DNA of 64,000 nt, taken from NCBI GenBank assembly GCA_017654855.1, contig CM030336.1, forward strand, positions 4,030,001 through 4,094,000. The letters are read 5' to 3'. Under the pieces are notes generated by a model. The model was given only the letters and a program-made list of their open reading frames with translations, did no database searches and was not told the DNA's origin. This DNA comes from Podospora anserina (taxonomy: Eukaryota). Made by a program: the position numbers and the translations under genes. This document shows positions 26,430 through 38,625 of the stretch, piece after piece; positions within the stretch are counted from its first letter, which is position 1, and every line of letters begins with the position of its first letter.

Positions 26430-27316
26430 GTGAGATGGGAATTGGATCTGGGGACCGGGAAGGGGAGGGAGTATTGTACACATCACTGCATTACATGGCA
26501 TCACTTGGCAAGAGAAAGGGGATGCAGACCACGGGCTGGCTGTTGGGTATGTTTTGCATGGACAGGGAAAGGAACGGAAATAGAACTCAGAGAGCATAAC
26601 TCGTTGTTGAAAGGTGTATTTTGCAGAAATAAGGGCAAGGGCAAGGAAAGGGAATAGCATGGGCATTCTAGCATAGCAATCTGCAGCATAGCATTCGTCA
26701 ACTGGTAATTCGCAAGTCATCTACATATATTTCTCCGGCTAACCTACCAAACGTGATTGACATTTATGCCTCTTAGCAGAGCATCAAATCTAGTGTTGAT
26801 ACCCAAGTGTATCATAGATCCCTCAACCTGTCTCGTCATTCTTACAAGCAACACCAGATGGCATATTCCATTTCACTGACAACCACACACCATTAAATGC
26901 TCATGAAAACCTACCAAATCGCTTGCTCAACCCCGACGTAATTCCTCCCTCTTGAAATCATACCTCCCCCCTTACCCCAACCAACCCTCTCGATCGTCAA
27001 GAATATAATAACACAAGCTAGACAGTCTCACCTACACCCATCACCTCACTCACACCTCACACAGAAGCTCGTGGTGCACATCCACCACAGTCCATCGCTG
27101 GGTCTGTTAGCTATCTTTCGAAGCCTTTTCCCTAATCAAACCCCCGTGAAAGATAGTCACCACGCCCCCCAAAACAGTCACCACCCTTCCAAAATTCGCT
27201 AGGTAACATGCCTCTTTCTCATTTTAAAAAATACCTACTTCTCAACAACTCACACACACCTCCAACCCAAACAAATGCTGCCCAATCATGCCATCGCCCC
27301 AACACGCCCACGCTGC

Positions 27317-30300
27317 TCACCCACCCCGTACCCTCTTCCGGAGCGGCGTGCTCACCAAGCCCGCCACCTTGTCAGCACGTACATAGGCCGCCCAGCAAGG
27401 CTCAGCCGCAGTCCCCGCCTGCTTCCTGAAATCCTCCTCGCTGTGCACCGTCACCAATTCGTCATTGTATTTGTGCCACGCACCCCGCTCAAAATCCTTG
27501 ATCCACACCCAATAGTGGCCGGATCGGGGGGTTCCAGTGTGGCAAAACACCGCGTGAAGCCTGTATTCAACCTCCCCGACCACAAGCCCCTGTTTCTCCT
27601 TGAGAAGCTCTGCCGAATCATCAGCCCGCTGGCGCTCCTCGAATTGCTTCAGCTTCTCGGGGGAAACCGCAACCCACCCCCCTTGAACCTCCTTGGTGGC
27701 AAGAGCAGTCCTCTCGTCGGCATCAACGAGCTCATAATCCCCATCAGCATCAATAAGACCATTCTCAGTCACAAGCCTGTCAATATCCTCCTCCGACAAA
27801 ATCTTGGCCGAACCCGGCTCGAACGCCCGTGGCTTGGTATTCAGCTCCTCCAACCGCTTGTTGAGAGCCCACAGCCTCGTCCGCTTCCCGTACCGCTCGT
27901 CCCCTGGGACAACATCCATGAAGAGATCCAAATACAACGGATCGTTCAGCTCCACTGGATTCTCGTTCTTCAAGTCGAGCGCACGACTCCTGGGGAATAG
28001 AAAGTGCAGAATATCAGCAGGCCTTTTGAAGACCGAATACGTCATCTTGTTTGTCTCTTCATTCAGCTGGACATCCATGCCGCGCCCAATGGCCTGGTAC
28101 AGATCCTCCTGGACCGCCTTTGTCTCATGAAGCGGTGCCATGATCATGCGGTTGCGGTCTTCATGTGTGGTCCAGCCCTGTACGTCGTCGTTCCCGCGCG
28201 TCCGGTTATAGATCCTAAAGTTGCTGTAAAAGTGATCGTCGATGGGATCGGGTATTTCCTCGCTTCCGTCCTCCCCGGCATTGCGGCGCGCACGGGCTAG
28301 CTTGAGGGCTGCTTGAAGGTGTTCCAGTATATTTCCCATGGCCTCGTCGACATCCTGTTGCGCAGTGCCCTTGACCTCGTCTTGGTCAAGTTCCTTTACC
28401 AAAGCTTCCAGGGGCCCCGCCTTCTCCATCTTCTTCCCCGGTCCCGTTGACGCAGCAGCTGGCGTCTCTCCCACCAGCGTCTGTGAACTAGATACACTGG
28501 CCGTCTCGACGTGCTCGAGTTCGGAGGTCTCCTCACCATTCACCATCTTGGCATCAGCGTCTGTAGATGTCGTGATCTTGAGCTCGGGAACCGCAGAGTT
28601 GGCAGCCTTGGGGCCAGTGGCCTTGGACTCAGCAGTAGAGCCTCCCTTATCAGCTCGGGCCATGGCGGCGTTGGCAAGCCGCTGGCGTGGTTTGACGTGA
28701 GTATATCGAGTCTCTTCCATCTCGTGGAACAAAGTCTTGAGCTCGCGCGCGAATTCATGGCCGAGGAAAGCTTCCTTTTTTTGGCCTTCTTCCACCCCGC
28801 TCACACTTCCACTCAGGATCTCGCCCACCCTGTCTGTACTGGCCTCGGGCGTGTCTAGGTCCAAGGTCCGCAACAGGTCCCTGATGACATCGACTGTGTA
28901 GAGATACTGCAGAATGCTGTTCAGGTAGCAAGTGTTGCGAATGTTGTCAAGCCCGACGGGCAACGTCAGGTCTCCGGCCCCGACCTCCATCTCTTGTCCA
29001 TTACTGACAGGATCGCAAAAGTCCTGGTTCTGGGTTTCGCCGCTCACGAGGCTCTCCAGCTGCCCGCTGATGGTCTCGAAGTCGCCCAAGGCCTCGTCAA
29101 AATCCTTGTCACCTCTACGCTGTCTGGCCATTCTCGCTCCAATGAGATTCATTGCCGTCACAACAACCGCCGCGTCCTTTTCATTGTTGTTCACACTTTC
29201 CAGGGCGGCATAGGCTATGGTATCAGGTGCTGTTTGGGCCGTTGAGTCGAGCACGCCATTGGCCTCGGCCTCGTCCATGTCGACCACGGCAATGTAGACC
29301 AAATCCCTTTGGCCTAAATCCCGAGCAATTTTGGCCAAGTGCAGCCTGTGCAAATGTCCTGCTTCGGGCCTGGTTTCTCTGTAATGCTTGTACCGCTCGA
29401 TGATCCGGTCCTTGGTCAGAGTTCGACCCTGTGCCCTCCAAAAGCCGAACCATTCCCAGTCCTTGTCATATTCACTCTTCTCGGGGCGAGGCAAGGCTTT
29501 TTGATCTAAGTGGACGGCGTACATCTGCATTTCCTCGTCCCCGTGGTAGGCCAAGCAATTGAAAGCCTCCCTGTAGTAGCGCTCGTGATCCCGGTCCACG
29601 GCGGCTTGCCGCTCATATGCCCAAATCAACATGGGTTCGGTTGTCTTGGAAGAAGCCCCCAGTAAATAGAAGTAGTGTAGATCGGATTCCGACACTTTCC
29701 AGTGCACGGTCCGCGTCTGGGCATCGTCAACTCCGAGTACCGTCTGCAGTTTTATGCGAGCAGGCGAATGCTGATGAACAAGCTCAGGTCTCTTCTGGTC
29801 GATCACACTCTGTATCTCGCTCTTGACGTTCTCAAAGAAAGATCTCTCCGAGTACAGGAATGTCCTGCCGCCGTTCTCCGGTGGGACCTGTGGGGAGATG
29901 TAAAATGTGTCTTCGGCCTCTTGCCTCTTGGTGAAGCCAAGGTAGAGGAAGAGCTCCTCGCATTCTGGACCGAATTGCACCATGAACGTCTTGTTGCGCT
30001 CCGATATCTTCTTCTCGGCACTGGTGGAATCATTAGACATGATGTTTGTAATGTACATGTTCAGTGTCATGAGGGCGCTGGACTCGAGTTTAGCGAGCTT
30101 CTCTTGCGTCATGTCCTTAAATCTGCCCGGGTCCTCGTCCATGGCCCTCTTGAGGTTTCTCTTGGCGCGCGACTCATCCGTGACGATGTCGATCCACCTG
30201 CTGGCCAGGCGTGGTGCTGACACATCGAGCCGGATGCTGAAGCCGCAAAAGCTGCACCGGTAGCTGGTCTTGCGCATCAAAGGGCCCAGTTTCTTGTCCC

Positions 30301-30664
30301 TACTAGGCCAAGTAACGAGGAGTTGCTTCCCCTTCTCCTCGCCGAAGGATTCGTCATCCCCCGGTGCCACGACAAAGTGATGTTGAGGATGGCCAGGGCT
30401 ACTAAATTCTGGCTCGGCCCAGGTGAAGACGAAGTGGTACCGGCAGTGCTTGCATAGACAAGCCATCTGGTGGCCGTGTGTCTGCGAGGGAATCATGATA
30501 AGGTCGTGGTCGTCGTTGGGACCGACTGGGCCGGGGCGGGCTCCTCGCAGATGGTAGCAAGACTGGAGTCGGGGTTCAGACCGGTTGGCATGCTGCAGAG
30601 CACCCCGGTACCAGTCCTCGATGAGCCTTCTGGCAAGGCGGCCACCTGTGTTGAGGGAGTCCAT
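27317..30664 (-). CDS. Ubiquitin-specific protease (USP/C19), Ubp2-like
   Basis: Cys box GLDNIRNTCYLNSILQYL, QQDVDEAMGNIL and His box YRLHAVFCHTGTPRSGHYW..YND. ATG at 30664 follows a probable 5'-UTR intron 30735-30682 (GTAAGT..CTAAC..CAG). Confidence 0.9.
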   Translation of the reverse strand: MDSLNTGGRLARRLIEDWYRGALQHANRSEPRLQSCYHLRGARPGPVGPNDDHDLIMIPSQTHGHQMACLCKHCRYHFVFTWAEPEFSSPGHPQHHFVVAPGDDESFGEEKGKQLLVTWPSRDKKLGPLMRKTSYRCSFCGFSIRLDVSAPRLASRWIDIVTDESRAKRNLKRAMDEDPGRFKDMTQEKLAKLESSALMTLNMYITNIMSNDSTSAEKKISERNKTFMVQFGPECEELFLYLGFTKRQEAEDTFYISPQVPPENGGRTFLYSERSFFENVKSEIQSVIDQKRPELVHQHSPARIKLQTVLGVDDAQTRTVHWKVSESDLHYFYLLGASSKTTEPMLIWAYERQAAVDRDHERYYREAFNCLAYHGDEEMQMYAVHLDQKALPRPEKSEYDKDWEWFGFWRAQGRTLTKDRIIERYKHYRETRPEAGHLHRLHLAKIARDLGQRDLVYIAVVDMDEAEANGVLDSTAQTAPDTIAYAALESVNNNEKDAAVVVTAMNLIGARMARQRRGDKDFDEALGDFETISGQLESLVSGETQNQDFCDPVSNGQEMEVGAGDLTLPVGLDNIRNTCYLNSILQYLYTVDVIRDLLRTLDLDTPEASTDRVGEILSGSVSGVEEGQKKEAFLGHEFARELKTLFHEMEETRYTHVKPRQRLANAAMARADKGGSTAESKATGPKAANSAVPELKITTSTDADAKMVNGEETSELEHVETASVSSSQTLVGETPAAASTGPGKKMEKAGPLEALVKELDQDEVKGTAQQDVDEAMGNILEHLQAALKLARARRNAGEDGSEEIPDPIDDHFYSNFRIYNRTRGNDDVQGWTTHEDRNRMIMAPLHETKAVQEDLYQAIGRGMDVQLNEETNKMTYSVFKRPADILHFLFPRSRALDLKNENPVELNDPLYLDLFMDVVPGDERYGKRTRLWALNKRLEELNTKPRAFEPGSAKILSEEDIDRLVTENGLIDADGDYELVDADERTALATKEVQGGWVAVSPEKLKQFEERQRADDSAELLKEKQGLVVGEVEYRLHAVFCHTGTPRSGHYWVWIKDFERGAWHKYNDELVTVHSEEDFRKQAGTAAEPCWAAYVRADKVAGLVSTPLRKRVRGG

Positions 30665-31470
30665 GGTTGATAGGCGGGGCACTGGTGGGATGTGTTAGAA
30701 CAATCTCGACATCAAGAGTCCCAAGCAAGACTTACTGGTGGATGATGCTGTATTCGTATGTATGGCTGTCTGTCTGCTGGATAAACGGAGATGATGGAGA
30801 TGATGAAATTATGGGGAACAGGTTGGGTTTGCGTCACAGCCGGCAACTAAGTTTCCCTTCGTTTTATATTAGACAGTGAGTCCGGAGTTCCTGATGGTAG
30901 CTCCTGCTACGTAGAATCGATTTTTGCCTCTGACGGCTGGCAGCTGACGCAGCCGTGGAGGGAGCGGTGGGAGGCACGACCTGTGATGATAGAATGGAGC
31001 AACTGGATGGATGGCACAAGGAGGGGCAGTTGGCAACAACAAACAAAGTACCGCCGTGACCCGACTTTGTTTGAAGAGCTAGCTTCCACGAGTTTCCACG
31101 TCATGATTGGCATGTTAAAATAATCAATAACCATCAATTCAGTCTTCAGCAGCCTCAATACTTCCTCGATTGCCATCACCCCCAAACTATAAGAACCCAT
31201 TTGTCCAGCCCAGACTTTCTTGTACAGACACACCTTGCTCCAGACTCCCAAATCCAACCTCCAAAAACCAACCAATCAAACCCTCTAAAATCCAATGCAC
31301 GTCCCCTTCCACGCCCCGTGCTCCCAGAAATCCAATTCGCAACCCGCAGCAGCAGCAGCAGCCGCCGCATCCAACTGACATAACGATATTCCCAAGCTCT
31401 CAACCCATACCTTGATAAACCTCCCACCACCCCCCTCAGCAACCCCCCCCCCCTCCAAATCCAGCCCAAA

Positions 31471-32327
31471 ATGGCGCCCCACGCCGGAGGGGACTCCTCC
31501 TCCTCCTCCTCCTCCTCCTCCGACCAATACAAGCCCCAAGATGCTGTCCACGCCGCCCTGACAATGGGTGCCCTCTTCGGCACCGGAGGTCTCTTCCTCG
31601 CCGCCGTCAAGACTTCCCTCGAGAAGAAGCACGTCGGTCCCTGGGCTGTCTTTTCCAAGCACGGCAACATCGCCGCTACTTTTGGTACCCGCCACCCTCA
31701 CCCCGTCATGTCAATCAATTGGTCGCATTCATACTGACATGGATATATAAAAACAGCCGCCGTCGGCTCAGTCTACGAGTTCTCCCGCGTCGCCTCCGCC
31801 AACCTCCGCGAGAAGAACGATCACTACAACAATGCTATCGCTGGTGCTTTTGGTGGTGCTGTCTTGGGGTTGAGAGGTAACCCAACCCCTCCTACTGCTA
31901 GCTAGCTAGACCTTGCATGGAAAGGAAAGGAAGGAAGATGTTGACAAAAACCAAAAACAACAGCCGGTCGCATCCCCGCCATCCTAGGCTACGGCGCCGT
32001 CATGTCCGTCACCTCGGCCGTCTTCGAGTACACCGGCGGCCGCATCCAAGGCGCCGGCCGCAACCCCGACGTGGACGAGTTCGAGCGCAAGGAGATGCTC
32101 CGCAAGAGATACAGAAGGCCGGTGGAGGAGACGATTGCTGAGATTGGGGAGGGGAGATGTGAGTCATATTTTTTCCTGCACCTTTGACAAAGGAAAAATG
32201 CTGACATTGTTTGACGCAAAAAACAGCCATCAAGCTCCCTGGATACGATGAGCGGAGAGCACAGAGGCTCAAGGAGGCCTACGGCTTCGAGGTGAAGCCT
32301 GTATGCGCGGATCCTGACCGTGCTTGA
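31471..32327 (+). CDS. Mitochondrial complex I 21.3 kDa subunit (NDUFA11-like, Tim17 family)
   Basis: Exons 31471-31684, 31757-31876, 31964-32158, 32227-32327. Contains YEFSRVASANLREKNDHYNNAIAGAFGGAVLGLR and RYRRPVEETIAEIGEGR..PGYDERRAQRLKE. Confidence 0.88.
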
Positions 32328-32775
32328 GAAATACGGGTATAGAGGTTTAGAGAGAAAGAGAGACAGACAGAGGTGGCTGGGTTCCCCGGAAAAGGCAAAC
32401 CATTTTTGTACACACATAGCCGAGAATGGGGGGCTAGCCGGTGGCTCACCTCGCCAAAATGAGAGGCGGTGTAAATGGAAAGGGCTTTTGAATTGTGGTT
32501 TTCAGCATCTTCAAAATTGGTGCTCCTTGAGCTTTCTGGTATGATTCTGAGCCAACACTGCAGCTTGAGTTCCCACCCCGTCTTCATCATTGAGAGCGAA
32601 TTAAACTAACAGGCAACAAATGAGAATCTGAGCTTTGCCTGTAGCGTAACTGGGAATGAGCAGTCAAGATGAGAACGGAAGAGCAAGCATCAAAGCGGAA
32701 ATCAAGTCTGATTTTCTAGGTTTTACGAATCTCTATCTCTTACCCCTTAGACCCCCTCAGAACCCAGCCTACCAC

Positions 32776-34760
32776 TCACTCCTTCTGCACCCCCTTCCCC
32801 GACCTCAACAGCTCCACAATGTTAGCCATAGTATGCTTCCTCTTCATCACAAGCCCCTCCTTCCCATCCCCCTCCTCTTCCTCCGTCAGCCCCCTACACT
32901 CCTCCAGCTCGTGATCCCACCTCCCCTTCGTCGCCCGTCTAGCAACATCCAACCAACTCCTCCTCCTCTCCTCCGAAGTCGCAAACGACAACCTCGACCC
33001 CTTGGAATCCCTAGTAGAAGAAACATCCCCCGACCCCGACCCAACCCCATCCTCAGGCCTCCAAATATCAGGCCTAGCATGTGTCTCTTCCCCTTTATCC
33101 TCCCCCTCAACCTCCTCACAATCCTCATGCCCCCTCAATTTCAATCTACTTCCACCCACCCCAGCACCAGACTGTAACCCCCCCTCCACAAAATAATGCT
33201 CTCCCGGTTTATACCTAGGCGTAGACTCCCCGCTCTCATACCGGTCCTCGCTGTGATCCCCACCATCAGGAAACTCAGGAAACGACTCAAGCCTATAAAC
33301 CGGCTCTTCCTCCGTCTCCCTCGCCCCCGGCGAAACCGCAGAGTCAGAAACCGACAGCCTTCTCACCACCTCCTCAAATCTCCGAACCTCCGACAGCTTG
33401 CTCGGTCTAGCCGCTCTCTGCTTTCCACCACCCAACCCCAACCCCGACCCCGACCTGCTGCTGGGCGTCACCGCACCGCTCCCCCCAAAAACAGGTGTAT
33501 TCGCCGGCGGAAACGGGGCAAAACCCCCCTCTTTTCTCTCCGCCGAAAGTGCAGACTTTAACTGTCGCCCCATGATACTACTATCCCCCACCCCACCGCC
33601 AGGACTCACCGGACTAGCTGGTGACCCAACAGCGGTATTTGGTGTATTGGGTGGTACTACCACTACACCGCCGCCACTCCCATTCCCATCCCCCGACCCG
33701 GGAGGAGACATCTGCCCACCATCACTCACCAAACCCACCCCCTCCCTCCCCCTCCTCACCCTCTCCACATCGTCCGCCCTCAAAGAAAGCCTGTCCAGCT
33801 CCCCAGCAGCAATCATCATGCCCGCAACAGCAATCAAATCCAGACTCGGCCTCCTTCCACACCCCCAGCGTTTAAACAGCGGACTCGCCCCCTGCGCCGG
33901 CTCCTCCAGCCGATCCCGATTAGCCCGCCGCCGTTCCCTCCCGTCTGCTGCGTGATGCTGCTCACTTTCCGGCTCTGTAGCAGGAAAGGAGACAGATTTC
34001 GAGCGCCTGATCTTCTGGCGGAACTTTTCAAAGGCGCCCCGCCGAGTTTGGGAGGGGGATGATGGGGAGGAGTTCTACTGGGTTGTTAGCTTGGGGGGGA
34101 GGAGAGGAAGGAGGGGAGAGGGGGGGATGTTACCTATTCCCCTGCTGGTTGGGGGTGGTCGAGCTCTGCTGGGCAGATGATCGTTAAGGCTGATGATTCT
34201 CTAAGAGGGGGGTGTTCATCGATTTGATGGAGGGATGATCCCGGATATTTACTGTTTTGTTCATCAAAAGATTTGAGTCGGGAGTCAGGCAGGGCGCTGG
34301 TGCTTTGGTTGGGGCTTTTTCCTTTGAGGTTAGGTCTTGAACTTGTTGGTAGGTTGGAGGCGCTTTGACGGCGGTGTTTGATGGGGGTGGTGTCTAAAAA
34401 GGGGATTCTGCTTGGTGACCGTTTGGGAGCTTCGTCGGGAGAGGACTGCTCGGGTGGTTCGGCGAGGTGCCCGTCGTAGCCAAATTTGGGTTTGCCTGGG
34501 TATCCTGCTCGCTAGGCTCGGTATTGTGAGGTTGTATCTGACTGGTTGCTGGAGATGAGGTTCTCGGAGGGGGAGTAGCGGAGTTGCATATCGAGGGCGG
34601 AGATCATATTGTTGGCTGGGAGGTGGTTGTAGGCGAGGTCAATGCCAGGGATGGTTGTCCAGCAGCAGCTGAGGAGACGGATGGCGGCGAAGGTGGCTAG
34701 GCTGTCGTTGTTGTTGGTGATGATGTCTTGGAACATATTCGGTTCGGCGGTATTGGACAT
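32776..34760 (-). CDS. Uncharacterised 641-codon gene with two in-frame TAG codons (candidate editing-dependent gene; pseudogene not excluded)
   Basis: Exon 1 34760-34134 (209 codons, TAG at codons 83 and 209), intron 34133-34075 (GTAACA..GCTAAC..TAG), exon 2 34074-32776 (432 codons plus stop), all in one frame that joins the 353-aa ORF in the track. Confidence 0.72.
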
Positions 34761-35415
34761 CGTAAGGTCTGCTGCTATTATGTGTGTCGAATATAAGTGT
34801 AGGTATGTCAGACACCGGGCGGCTGCCCGGTTCTGGAACAGAGTAAGGTATCGCCAGTGGCGGGATTACCTGGCGTTTGTGATCATGATAGCTAACGATA
34901 CTAAAAAGGCATGGTAAAAGGTAGCATGAAATTGGTAATGGTCACTCCGGAGGTCAGTGAAGAGAAGTTGGATGTTTTAAGTTTTTCAAGCCAGGTTCTT
35001 CGAGCAGAACGCTCTTGCTCTGCCAGTTGGAACACGCTGCGATGTCAAGCTCCTTCCTTTGAATTGGTTCATCACATGTCTCCATTTTACATTACTGTTA
35101 CCATTCTCAGATTGAATCAGAGGATGTTACTTGTCAACCTTCAAGGAGACATCTGCTCTCTATTCAGTTGTTTTCTTGCCCCTGATAAACCCCTGTCAGG
35201 GGCAACGGATATCCAGTACATAACCCTAACCCCCATAACTCACCAGCCTCGGCCCAGGTTATCCGTGGATCGGCTAGTGGCGGGGATGAGCACTGGGGAT
35301 CGGGAAGCTATCGGGGCCATGGACAAGGAGGAATGGGAAACACAGCGGGGAATGAAATACAAGGTGAATTCTGCTCCAGCCACCAACGTCAGTATACCGA
35401 CGAACCCAATTGACC

Positions 35416-36819
35416 ATGTCCAGACTCCTCTGCAGACGATTTCCCGCCCGGGCCCTTCTTCAAGCCCGGCCAGCGCTCCCGACCCGGAGCTATGCGTCGG
35501 CATCTCCAGCTGTGCAGTTCGACTGGGAGGACCCGCTCGGAGCAAAGGACCTGTTGACGGAGGAGGAGCTCGCAGTCTCCGAAACGGCTGAGCGGTATTG
35601 CCAGGAGCAATTGCTTCCCCGAGTACTACGTACGAACCGTTGAACCCGAAACCCTCCGAATCCGCCTGCTTGGGCTAACGGCACGATAGAGGCATACCGC
35701 GATGAGCACTACGATCCAAAGATCCTCCGGGAGATGGGCGAGCTGGGTCTCCTGGGAGCCAACCTTCAGGGGTATGGATGTGCTGGAGTGTCGGATGTGG
35801 CTGGAGCATTGATCACTAGGGCCGTCGAGAGGGTGGACAGCGGTTACCGAAGCGGCATGTCGGTTCAGTCGTCGTTGGTCATGGGTGGAATTCATGAGTT
35901 CGGTTCGGAAGAGCAAAAGGAGAGATACCTCCCAGACATGGCAAAGGGCAAGCTTCTTGGTGCTTTTGGACTTACCGAGCCGAACCACGGCAGCGATCCG
36001 GGCTCCATGGAGACGACTGCGCGCGAGCACCCGACCAAGAAGGGGTGCTACCTGCTCAAGGGGTCCAAGACTTGGATCACCAACTCGCCCATCGCCGATG
36101 TTCTCCTCGTCTGGGCCAAGCTCCAGGAGACTGGAAAGATCCGCGGATTTCTTGTTGACAGGAAGGACTGTCCTGCTGGCACACTCGAGACACCCAAGAT
36201 CAGCAACAAGACTGGACTCCGCGCTTCCATCACCGGAATGATTCATCTCGAGGACTGCCCTGTCCCCAAGGAGAACATGTTCCCTGGGGTGGAGGGACTG
36301 AAGGGACCGTTTGCCTGCCTAAACAGCGCCCGATATGGTATCTCTCTCGGTGTGATGGGTGCTTTGGAGGACTGCCTGGCGAGAGCGAGAACCTATGCTC
36401 TGGAAAGGAAGCAGTTCAAGGGCAACCCCCTTGCCAAGTATCAGCTGATCCAGAAGAAGCTCGCAGACGCCGCCACTGATATCTCATACGGCGTCCTGGC
36501 CTCCATCCAGGTCGGCCGGTTGAAGGAGCAAGGCAAGGCTACTCCCGAGATGATTAGCATGGTCAAGCGCCAGAATTGTGACAGAGCTCTGTGGAATGCC
36601 AGAGTTCTCCAGGAGATTTTTGGTGGCAATGCTGTCAGTGACGAGTATGGTATTGGACGCCATGTGGCGAACCTCTATGTGACTCAGACCTATGAAGGCC
36701 AGAGCGATATTCATAGTAAGTTCTACCACCCGAATGCTGACAAAAAGCCATGCCCTGGCTAACTGTGTATAGGTCTCATTCTTGGAAGAGCCATTACTGG
36801 CGTTCAGGCATTTGTCTGA
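35416..36819 (+). CDS. Glutaryl-CoA dehydrogenase, mitochondrial
   Basis: Exons 35416-35629, 35690-36715, 36773-36819. Arg-rich presequence, FDWEDPL, AVERVDSGYRSGMSVQSSLVM, GAFGLTEPNHGSDP, GSKTWITNSP, TYEGQSDIH/SLILGRAITG. Confidence 0.94.
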
Positions 36820-37675
36820 GATAAAGTTGGTCTGTGAGCATAGATAAGACTAGAACCAGCTGTCTCATCTGAATAGAGACTACGCTCGCAAACAATATGA
36901 GCAAACGGTTCGAAGCAGTATCGTTCTTCATCTTCGTCTTATACACATGTGACGGGTGCTGTATAAACTTTATACCAGGGCTGATAAAGAAACCTGTGAC
37001 TGCTTATCCAATATCTTTGAAATGGGGGTTTAATCGGGCTTTCCAAGTCACGAAGTAGAAAGCAGGGGTTCAAAAAGGAGGAGTGGACAGTTTGTACTAT
37101 CTAGACCCTCCCTATCGTGGCATAGAAAGCTGTTAGTGATGGTCACTGTGGCGGTGGGCTGGGTGGAGGGGCGGCAGTGACGATTGGGCGCCAAACAAGC
37201 AGCAGCCCAGCGGCTGGGTCCCGCCTGAAAATTCGCGGTGGTCCCAGCGTTGCGCCCCCCTCCCCTGCTCGCTCAGCTTTTGGCGTGGGCGTCCTCGGCA
37301 CCTATCGAATCGAAATCCGCCTTTGTCGACCCGCCCACTTTCCCCCCTCTTTCCTCTTGCAACCTAACTTGACCAACTTCGCATTCCTCTGTTTTGACAT
37401 CTCTAAACCGCAACCCCCTCTTTTTACAAAGTAAGCTCTTCGCGTGCCTCCAAAAAAACTCTTCCTCTTTACCTCTGCTGCAATCTCTGCTCTCTCTGCT
37501 CTCTGCTCTCGTGCCTTTGTACCTTGTCGCCACGGTGCGCCGTCAGAACCGACGATTCATTCGGCTTCCGTTTTCTTCCACAGCCAAAGCTGACACAGCC
37601 TTAAATTCAACAGCGCCCCGGCCTTCTTCGACGTAGCATCTCGTCGTCGAGACACACATCACACAAACCTCAGAA

Positions 37676-38625
<950 letters not shown>

